Positions 46,434-64,000 of a DNA stretch of 64,000 nucleotides are shown one piece after another (within the stretch, counting starts at the first letter, position 1; each line of letters begins with the position of its first letter). The translations under genes and the position numbers were made by a program. Location of the stretch: assembly GCA_033442325.1 (NCBI GenBank), contig JAWQFM010000015.1, positions 790,335 through 854,334 on the forward strand. Reading direction: 5' to 3'. Source of the stretch: Salpingoeca rosetta (lineage: Eukaryota; Protista; Choanoflagellata). Under the pieces are notes generated by a model. It did no database searches and had not been told where the DNA came from. It worked only from the letters and a program-made list of their open reading frames with translations.

Positions 46434-47994
46434 AGCACACACGCGCGCGCGCGCCATGACATTCTCATCGTCTGTCACTTGCAACTCACTTGACTGTTTC
46501 GACAAAGTGCTTAATATCAATCTGAATGTCGACGAAGACATAGAGCATCTCAATGGTGGTTTTGGTCGTTGGAATCAGGCAGCTGTGGCCGTAATGAACA
46601 AGAAAGTCTGCGCCAAGTGCACGCGCCTGCTCAGCAGTTGCGTCCGCAAACACGCACAGACGAACAGGAAGGAGATTGTGTACATGTGAGCAATGAGTAG
46701 GCACGTTCCATGCACACCATGTGGAAGCACTGGATCGTCGTGCATTTCATCGCAACCACAGCTTTCACACACGCAGTGAACTGCAACACACACACACACA
46801 CACACATACCGAATAGTCGTCCACGCAGCAGGCGCCATATGTGACGTCGCCCATGATCATCGTCTCGACGTGTGCAAACCTGTACACATGACAGCATGTA
46901 CGCCGCAGCTCGTGAGGAAGTGTAGTCCACACACACAAAGCATCCAAACACACGTGCACAAACAAAAGCGTACAAACAAAGTGCATGCGCACACACAGAC
47001 ACACACACACACAGACACACACACACACACACACACATACACACACACATTCAATACACAGGTGCTCGCCCTCCCAAACGCAATCACACGGTCAATTCAC
47101 CTTTGCAGGATGTCGGAGATGGGGCAGGCAAAGAGAAGAAGCCCCTCTGGGAACTGCAATGCGACTGTTTAACAGGCAAACACACAAACACAGCCGAGGT
47201 ACGCGGTCAGAGCATATTTCTGAAACCAGGGGTGATCGTGACAGCATGAAGCAGTTGTGTCTGATGACACACGCGCCATGAAGCCCACCTCGCTTTGCGT
47301 TCTTCTGTCGCAGCCTCCAGATGGTCTTGTGGAGTTCAAAGTTGTAGTTGCTTGGAAGCTGCCAACAATGCAACAGCGCCACATCACATCACAACACGCG
47401 GACGAAGGTGTTCGTCAGCTCACATGGGCACTGTACGGGCAATCGCAGCACTTACGAATCACAATCGAACGACATACAGCAATACGGACGTCAAATTCAC
47501 ACACATACACACACACACATACACATGCACATACCTGTGCGATGGCACGGTTCAGTTCGTCATTGTGCAGGATGTCGTCTGGCACCTGCTGCTGCACCGC
47601 CACTCGCCGTCCTATGCGCGACACCATCAGCATCACCGTGTGCAAGACACCGATCGTGAGCTACAGCGGCACACACAAGCACACATGCACCACCATTTGC
47701 ACGCACACTACAGCGGCACACACACACGCACACATGCACCACCATTTACACGCACCACGCACCTTTTCCGCGGACGACCTTCTTGGGGGCGCTGGCTTTG
47801 ACGACCGTCATCTCCGTTGATGCAGGCGCAGGCTGTGTTGTTGATGGTTGCTCCGCTGGCTGGGACTCCTTCTGGCAACAGCCTCCCTGATTTCCACTGC
47901 CACCACAACACGACGCTGTCGTCTGCGTGAAGAGCGAGCTGGCCATCTCCTCTGGCTCGCACACGCAGCCTTCCCTCGCATCCTCGCTGCTCAT
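45542..47994 (-). CDS. DPH1: Diphthamide biosynthesis protein 1 (2-(3-amino-3-carboxypropyl)histidine synthase subunit 1); central exons absent from this assembly
   Basis: [15 protein letters not shown]; [20 protein letters not shown]; [15 protein letters not shown]; [26 protein letters not shown]; IFPAKL..VDAWVQ; [31 protein letters not shown]; SLGPWT. Confidence 0.93.
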
Positions 47995-48639
47995 CGTCGT
48001 CGTCGTCAGCTTGCTTGAGGCACGTTGTGCGTTGTTGCCTTGGATTGCCGAATAATATTGGAAAATATGGCCATTTATCCCACATTGCTATCTCCATTTC
48101 TGGGTGTCGTGTCGTGTTTGTGGGTTTGTGTGTGTTTGGGGAAGGTGCAAGCAAGCTTCATCTGCTCCGCTGCTTCGGCTGCTTCGGCTGCTTTGCTGCT
48201 TTCCCGTGGTTGGCAGTCAAGAAGCCACCGTGTGCTAGCTCTCACACACAACACCCACACGCTCATGGAGCTGCTCCCAACACACGCACATCATCAACAT
48301 CATCATCATCAAGCAACATCAACATCATCATCAACATCGTCACCTTCCACAGCGCAGTCATCCCTCGACTTTTGGGAACGTGGTGGCAAATCGCCCAAAC
48401 TTTGCTCAAATTTGGCACCGGAACTGTCACCGTCGCGCACAGTGCCAGGCGACGCGCATTCCACAACCACCACAACACAGCGACGACAGAGTGTGTTTGT
48501 TTGGCGCACCCGACACGGTCCGCTGCTGCTGTTGCGTTGGCTTCCATCTCTCGCATGGAATCACAGCCATCAGCTCGCTGTGAGTGTGCACTTGTCTGGA
48601 AACAGCTTCGTGTGCTGACGGGCGTCGTCGCCAGACAAC

Positions 48640-57076
<8,437 letters not shown>

Positions 57077-57703
57077 TGATACACGATGGTGATGGCGGTG
57101 GTGGTGGTGGTGGTGGTGTTTTGTATGCAGGAGTGAAGGAGTGTAGCGTGGGTCTTGGGTGTGCACACGTCCGACACGTCCTGTTCCTCGCCGCCATCTG
57201 CTGTGATGGTGGTGGTGATGGTGGTGGTGTCGAGCTCACTGCTGCAGCTATTAGATTTTGATGCCGTTTGTTTGTGATGCTTGCGTAAGCTGTGCAATGC
57301 ACCACCCGCATCCTTGAGTTATCGCTGACACGAGCGCGCACGGTGTAGCTCCTCCTTTGATAATGTATCTCATTCATTGTGTATATTTCATGATCTCATG
57401 CATGGCATCTGTATATTCGTATCTATCGATTCAAGCGCACGCGCTGTGTCACCCCACGCACGCACACACGGATTCAATAAACGCTCTTGTGGATGTCACT
57501 CGAATCGGTTACAGGGTTGCTTTGTGGACTGGGGTTCATTGGTGATGACAACAGCAACAACCACAGAAACATCTTTCACCTTCACTGGCGGTGTTACAGG
57601 TGGCAACGCACGCGCGAAGCAAAAGCATTTCTGCAACATTTGCACAATTGACATGAACAACACACACACACACACACACAGACACACACAAAGTCACACA
57701 AAG

Positions 57704-57744
<41 letters not shown>

Positions 57745-58085
57745 GACAGACACACACACACACACACACACACAAAAAAAAAAGGTAAACAAAACAGGGG
57801 GTGCGATTAAGATGGAGAGACAGCCAACGCCCAACGAGGCAGAAAGACGCATGGTGTGCAAGCGTCAACGTGAGGGAGGAGGGATGTCGAGGACAGGACA
57901 GCAACCAGGGCGGCACAACCACGCAAGCACATATGGGGTTCAAGGAGCAGACAGCAGCGGCGGCGCATTGTTGACGAAGCGGTTGTACATCACACACCAC
58001 ACGTACAAGCGCACGTGTGCACGGTACAAAAGGGGACAGCGCGGTTCATGCAAGCAACCGCTCATGCACGGGCAGTGTGGTTGCT

Positions 58086-59063
58086 TCACGCGCGCATGAA
58101 CCAGTGCACAAAGGAGGAGCCGAGGCCAAGGTTGACGGGGACAAAGAGGAGGCAGTAGAGGATGGCATGGGTGTAGTGCTCGGTCCATTTGGTGGCCTTG
58201 ACGATGGAGCACATGTTGGCGATGCGCTGGAGGAGGAAGGAGGCCATGACATAGCGGCAGACGTGGTTGCGCTTGGGCATGTGCTCGCGGCGCATGACGT
58301 CCAAGATGAGCACGAAGCGCCGCTCGTCGCACTTGTTCCACGCGCGGTGGTAGTGGGCGTCGTTGAAGGCGAACACGCGGCCCTCCTTCCACTCCTGCTG
58401 CTGGTCGCCAATCTCCATGCCGGCATCGGGAAGGCCGGCGGGAACGATGAGGCCAAGGTGGCAGCGGTAGTTGGCGTTGGTGTCGCCGTAGTGCGGGGCA
58501 ATGGCCGACTGGGGCTCGAGCTGGGAGAAGGTGATGCCGACCACGCGCTCCCACTCCTCGCCGGGGAAGATGCTGTGCAGGAGCTGCATGGTCTTGGGGA
58601 AGAAGGAGCTGGCGCTGGGCGCCGTCACGCCCCACAGGCGCAGGGAGAGCACGCGCCAGCACGACTTGGAGGACATGCGGTGGGTGTGGCCAAAGGGGGC
58701 AAGGCGGCCGCCGGTGTTGGCCGTGTACGCCTTGAGCTCGTCGCGGATGGTGGTCCAGTTGGCCTCCAGCGGCTGCACAAACTCCTCGCGGGAGAGATCA
58801 AACACGAAGGGGTCCTTCTGCATGTCACATGCCTTCTCGAAGGTCTTGCGGCACTCAAACGCAAGGTACAGCTCGCCGGGCGCCGGGGGATCGAAACCAG
58901 GGCGCGTGAAGAGGTGCTTGTAGGTCAGGTACAGCCCCAGTGCTCCAGTGGCCCCGAGGACAGCGGGCCGCCACTCGTCCTTGATGGCAGCCGGCCAGCA
59001 TGGCAGCTGGCACGCAGACGCAGTCCAGTCCTTGACCAGCGCCGTTAGCGATGACACGTCCAT
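58086..59063 (-). CDS. Aspartyl/asparaginyl beta-hydroxylase-domain (ASPH/LpxO-like Fe/2OG dioxygenase) membrane protein, intronless, 325 aa
   Basis: LEANWTTIRDEL; FPKTMQLL; FSQLEPQSAIAPHYGDTNANYRCHLGLIVP; WKEGRVFAFNDAHYHRAWNKCDERRFVLILDV. Hydrophobic segments at both termini. Confidence 0.9.
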   Translation of the reverse strand: MDVSSLTALVKDWTASACQLPCWPAAIKDEWRPAVLGATGALGLYLTYKHLFTRPGFDPPAPGELYLAFECRKTFEKACDMQKDPFVFDLSREEFVQPLEANWTTIRDELKAYTANTGGRLAPFGHTHRMSSKSCWRVLSLRLWGVTAPSASSFFPKTMQLLHSIFPGEEWERVVGITFSQLEPQSAIAPHYGDTNANYRCHLGLIVPAGLPDAGMEIGDQQQEWKEGRVFAFNDAHYHRAWNKCDERRFVLILDVMRREHMPKRNHVCRYVMASFLLQRIANMCSIVKATKWTEHYTHAILYCLLFVPVNLGLGSSFVHWFMRA

Positions 59064-59396
59064 CGTCGTCGTTGCTGCTGCTGGGCTGAGAGACGAAAGA
59101 AGGAGAGCGAGGGGAGAGCGACAGGGAGGGGGGGGGGGTGAATGGGGGTGCGCAGTGTTGTTGTCCTGTTGTGTGTGTTGTGTTGTGTGTTGGGTTGTGG
59201 GAAAGTATCGCTGGCAGAACTTTTGTTTGCTTGCATCAGCAGCCACAAAACACCACACACAAGACGCACAACGAGAGAAGAAGGAGAGGGAAGAACAAGC
59301 AAGCAAGCGAAGTGTGCAGAAGCGCAGACCACCACACCCCCTCACTGTCGCTGTCGCTGCTGTTGAACACGATACGCACCACCGCCTGTGCAAGCC
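59064..59396. promoter_or_regulatory. Putative bidirectional promoter/5'UTR region between the two hydroxylase paralogs
   Basis: 333 bp separate the divergent ATGs at 59063 and 59397. No specific motif identified. Confidence 0.45.
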
Positions 59397-59938
59397 ATGA
59401 GTGAGCTGTCATTGGGATCGTTGCGGGTGCCGCTGTCACTGGACCTGCCGCCAGTGGAGGTGCCAGATGCGGTGAGGACTGGCCTCAAGTGGGCGGGCAT
59501 CGTGGTTGGTGCTGGCGCATGCACCGTCATGGCCTACCACACTGTTGCCGCCATCGTCTGCCGCCCCGCTCCCTGGTTCTCCTTCATCTCCTACGGAAAG
59601 GTGTGTTTGGTGTGTGTGTGTGTGTGTGTGTGTTTGTGTCTGTGTCTGTGTGTGTGTGTGTGTGTGTCTGTGTCTGTGTGTGTGTATGTGTGTGCGTGCG
59701 TGCGTATCTGTGTGTGTGTGTGTGTGTGTCTCTGTGTGTGTCTGTGTGTGTGTGTCTGTATGTGTGTGCGTGAGTGTAAGAGAGAGAGAGTGTGTGTATG
59801 TCCGTGTGTCTACATTCGCCTGGGCCTGTGTGTGTGTCTACATTTGCCTGTGCCTGTGTGTGTGTGTCTGTCTCTGTGTGTGTTTGTCTCTGTGTGTGTC
59901 TGTCTCTGTGTGTGTGTGTGTGTCTACATTTGCCTGTG

Positions 59939-59971
<33 letters not shown>

Positions 59972-60788
59972 CCACGCACCTGTTTCTAAACCCCCTGCAA
60001 CCCTTGTCGTTCTGCCAACCCACATCACCGACCCACAGACCAAGATGACGACGCCGTATTCGTTTGAGGACCCGCGCTTCTACCCGCGCGCCCAGCTGCC
60101 GTGGCTCGGGCAGCTCGAGCAGCACTGGGAGGAGATCCGCGACGAGCTGCAGGCCTTCCTGCGCACCATGCCCGTCCCCTTTGTGCCCTACTTCCGCCCA
60201 GACCTCGTCAACAAGGCCGGCGCGTGGAAGACGCTCGGCCTCAAGGCGTGGGGGCTCGAGGATCGCGCCATCATGCAGCACTTCCCAAAGACGTGCAAGG
60301 TTCTGCGAGACCTCCCCGTGCCCGTTGTCGGCGTGTCGTTCAACCACCTCGAGGCGCGCGGCGTGGTGAAGGCGCACCAGGGCAACACCAACGCCATCGC
60401 CCGCGTGCACCTGGGCCTAAAGGTGCCCAAGAACAAGACGGAGGACTGCTACTTCAAGGTGTCGAGTGATATCCGCCCCTGGCGCGAGGGGCAGGCCTTT
60501 GGGTTCTGCGACGCGCACTGGCACACGGCGTTCAACGGCGCTGACGAGAGCAGGTACATCCTCCTCTTCGACGCCATCCACCCGGAGTACACGCACATGA
60601 CCACGTACATCTGCGCGCGTGTTGTTGCGGACCTGGCACTGCAGTACTTTACCGGCCGCATTCGCCTGATCCAGTGGCTCACCAAGGTTGCGCCCACCCC
60701 GACACGTCTTGTCCTCTACAACACCTTTGTTCCCGTCTTCCACGTCCTTCTCCTGATCAACCCAGACTTTCTATCCTTCTTCTCGTAG
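59397..60788 (+). CDS. Second Asp/Asn beta-hydroxylase-domain membrane protein, 2 exons (intron 59601-60038)
   Basis: TM WAGIVVGAGACTVMAY; LEQHWEEIRDEL; WKTLGLKAWG; FPKTCKVL; FNHLEARGVVKAHQGNTNAIARVHLGLKVP; WREGQAFGFCDAHWHTAFNGADESRYILLFD. Confidence 0.9.
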
Positions 60789-61343
60789 TGTGATTGCGTG
60801 TGTGTGTGTGTGTGGGTGTTATGTGTGTGTGTGTGTGCGTGTACATGTGTCTGTCTGTCTGTTTATGTCTGCGTGTGTGTGTGTGTGTGCGTGTGTTTTG
60901 TGTGTGTGTGTGTGTGTGTGTGCGTGTGTGCGTTAGTGTGCGTCAATCTTTTGCTCTTTGGAGACGCGCAGCCCCCTTCCCCACCCACAGCCGTGCTTGT
61001 TTCGGCAGCTTGCTTGCTCGCTTGCTTCTTGTAGCCATTTGTCGGTTCTCTTTGTCACATTGATCGCCTTGACGCTGCGTCGTTTGCGCCTGCTGCTGTA
61101 GCCTTCAGCTTTTCTCCACCACCTCCACTTCCTTGGCTCCTCTTGCTTCACATCCACCATCATCAACAACGCTCGTTCGCTTGTGAGCGTCGCCTGTGTC
61201 CCGCCATCACCGCTTAAACGACTTGGAAGCTCCCGCAGATAGAGACACACAAACACAGCAGCACGCACGTGTATTAGCATAGATATCGACACTGCGTGTG
61301 TGTGTGAGGAGGGGGAGTGGACACACACACGTACACACACACA

Positions 61344-61395
<52 letters not shown>

Positions 61396-61766
61396 ACGAA
61401 CACGAAACCTCCTCGTGGAAACACAACAAGGAGGCGGGGGAACATGACGAATTATTAAGGTGCAGTTGACAGAAGCTAGTGAGAAAACCGACAGGACAAA
61501 GACAGTAGCAGGCTGAGAGGACATGCGCGCAGAGACAACGAAGGAAGAAGACAAAGTAAAGCAAGAGGAGCAGGAGAAAGAATCATCATTGACTCAAGTG
61601 GGATAAGTTAAAGCGAGAAGCACCCAAGAAATGAGCGTGGTGGATGTACGCTTCATGCACAGGCACGTACATACACAGCACTCACGTACATACACACATG
61701 CACGTACATACACAGCACTCACGTACATACACACATGTATGGACATCCGCAACACTCACGTACACG

Positions 61767-63538
61767 TCAGTGCTGCTGCGTGTCCGCTATTGCGCGAATG
61801 ATGTTGTAGAATGCATCGCCAGGCTGTGGGGCCGGCAAGTGGTAGGTGACGTTGTGTGCGAGGTGCGCAAGACGCACGCGCTTCGCCACCCGCTCGCGTC
61901 GCGAAACGTGCCCAAGAATGTCGAGAACACGTGCAGCGTCCTTCTCCGGCACGCGCACGGACGCGGCGTCCAGTTCCGCCGCAAGGTGCGGAAAGGGCCA
62001 CGTGTACCCGTCAGACACAATCACGGGGATGCAGCCCACGAGGACAGCCTCGAATATGCGCCGCGTGCCAGCTGTGAGGCCACGCGGGCACAGGCAGAAC
62101 TCCGACGTGGCCATCTCCGCAAGCGTGTCGCGCACAACCTGACGCACCAGCAGTGAGTGGGAGGAGCGGGGATTCTTGTCCTGCATCATCTTCACCTGCG
62201 CATCGTGAATCACGCAGTGCGGGTGGCCCTCCACCGCCTTCTTCAGCACCGTTCGCACGCGGTTGTTGGACAGCGTCCCTGCGAAGAAGAGAAACGTGTC
62301 TCGGGCACGCGCTGACGTCTGCGGTGCACGCACACCATTTCCCATGCGATTGCTGTTCGTGCTGCTACGGGTGTTGCTGCTGCTGGTGCTACTGGTGTTG
62401 GGGTTGGAGTGTTGAGCGCTCCGTGCTTGCCCCTTCCTGCTGATCACTCGCGGGTTGCTCATGGCCCACGTGGTGCTGTACTGCTGTTGTTGCTGCTGCT
62501 GCTCTTGTTGCCCTTGTTCATACGTTTGCTGCTGTTGTTGTTGTTGTTGTTTTTGTTGTTGTTGTTGCTGTTGTTGCAGGGTGACGTTTTCTGCCAGCGC
62601 GGCCACGGCCGCCGGCACATATGGCGGGATCTTGATGTCGCGACCGCGGATGAATCGGAGGACGCCCGGCCGCGGGTCGTCGTCCTCAACAGCGAGGAAG
62701 CGCACGCGGCTGTTGGCGCGCAGGAGGCGCAGCAGCGTGGGGCCCAGCAGCCGCTCAAGTGGCCGCTGCGACGACCACACCAGGATATGGTCGCTCCCGC
62801 GAGACCGCTGAAACCACGGGCTCGATGCCAGCTCAGACAGCAGCGCGTCCTGCAGCCGCGGCAGCAGGTCGCCCTCGTACATGCCAATGCGCCCATAGAA
62901 CCTGAGGGTGTGTGTGGGGGGGGGGAGGGTTAGGTGGTGGTGGTGAAGATGGTGGTGGTGGTGAGTGTGCTGGGGGACAAGCGGGGAGGGGGACAGAGCG
63001 ATGGCATTCTTAACACAAACAAACACGCACGCAGACACACACAGACGCACGCACGCAGACACACACTGCCCGTGACGTACGGGAGGAGAAAATGGGTGGC
63101 ATTTGCCGGATCCGTGGTGAAGAGAGGGCTGTGTGCGGCATGCAGCAAGTTCTCATGAAACACGTGCTCGGGGATGTACTGGTTGTGCTGGTTCCATTCG
63201 TTGTACACCCACCCTCGGTTGCGGTCCAAGATCTCCGCATTGATGGCGGCAAGCTTCGACGTGTTGCGAAGCGGGTACACGAAGAACCGCACGCCACCGT
63301 GCATGGACGGTGCCGCTACAGCAGGCCCTCCCCTGCTCCTTGTCGACGCTGGCCATCCAGCGTCCGACTCCACAGCCGCTGCCGCCACCGCCACCGCCAC
63401 AGCATCATCAACATCGCCGTGCCCTTGCTCTTGCGCCCTCGCGCTGCCACTGGCAACCAGCAACCCACACCCTACCACACCCACCACAACAGCCCACAAC
63501 AAGCGACCGTTGCTGGTGTTCGTGTTGTTGTTTTTCAT
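61767..63538 (-). CDS. Exostosin-family (GT47) glycosyltransferase, 2 exons (intron about 62902-63063)
   Basis: N-terminal anchor LLWAVVVGVVGCGLLVA; RFFVYPL; FTTDPANATHFLLPY; SPWFQRSRGSDHILVW; RDIKIPP; RDTFLFFAG; MATSEFCLCPRGLTAGTRRIFEAVLVGCIPVIVSDGYTWPF. Confidence 0.92.
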
Positions 63539-63712
63539 CGCTGGTTGCTGAAAAGTGGTTGAAACCATTCACCAATCCTCCACAACCACCACAAGAAAGC
63601 GCCACCCAACAACAACAAACGCCTGTCACTCTCCTCCTCTAGCACACACCCCTGTCCTCCTCACACCCTTCCTCCTTGTCTCCTTGTCCTGCTTGCTTTG
63701 CTTGTCCGTCTG

Positions 63713-64000
63713 TCATTCTGGGGGCATGCGAGGGCTGCTGGCGATTGCGCTGGTGCTGGCGATAGCATCTGCGCTTGGCTGTGCCCATGCGCAAGCCTCA
63801 CGCACGCTTGGCAGCGTTGCGTCAATGACACAACCACCAAAACGCCTCGCCTCCGCCGAAGAAGAAGAAGCTGAAGCGTTGTGCTCACCCGATTCTTCTG
63901 CGGACAGCGACGCGATCGCATCATCTGCTGCATCAATCTTGCACGTTGGCTGTTCTGCGCACAGCACGCTGTGCCGGGAGGCCAAGGCTGAGCTGCAACA
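63713..64000 (-). CDS. Probable 3' end of an unidentified gene entering from the right edge
   Basis: Repeat-free Ala/Ser-rich open frame ending ..SPRMPPE* at 63713. No recognisable motif. Confidence 0.3.
   Translation of the reverse strand, partial: CCSSALASRHSVLCAEQPTCKIDAADDAIASLSAEESGEHNASASSSSAEARRFGGCVIDATLPSVREACAWAQPSADAIASTSAIASSPRMPPE

Noticed and set aside
59601-60038. Stop-free 438-nt (3n) segment giving a 466-aa read-through ORF
   Set aside because: It has GT..CAG ends and is GT-microsatellite. The lack of stops is compositional, and the paralog has no such insert.

Overview
Gene-dense, GC-rich eukaryotic DNA with many short GT-AG introns full of (GT)n/(CA)n microsatellites and two N gaps. 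The sequence style and gene content suggest a choanoflagellate such as Salpingoeca rosetta; this is an inference and was not checked. I reconstructed about 15 spliced genes by reading exons across frames: bacterial-type FadH 2,4-dienoyl-CoA reductase (-), a membrane hypothetical protein (+), a polyQ GRAM/PH-like protein (+), TBC1D5 (-), a type I membrane protein with two dermatopontin-like domains and a Thr mucin stalk (+), GLE1 (-), a flavin amine oxidase (+), a small ankyrin protein (-), an ABP34-like EF-hand actin bundler (-), AGAP/centaurin-gamma (+), DPH1 with its middle missing (-), a long coiled-coil protein (+), a head-to-head pair of intron-poor Asp/Asn beta-hydroxylase (LpxO-like) genes, and a GT47 exostosin-family gene (-). 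Most ORFs in the track are microsatellite artefacts. The leading candidates for new biology are the dermatopontin-mucin surface protein, the intron-poor hydroxylase pair with the adjacent GT47 gene, the ABP34-like bundler, and a recurring 5'-GT / 3'-CA polarity in introns that could pair the intron ends. Family assignments come from remembered motifs, not database searches. Exon boundaries were read by eye and are approximate.
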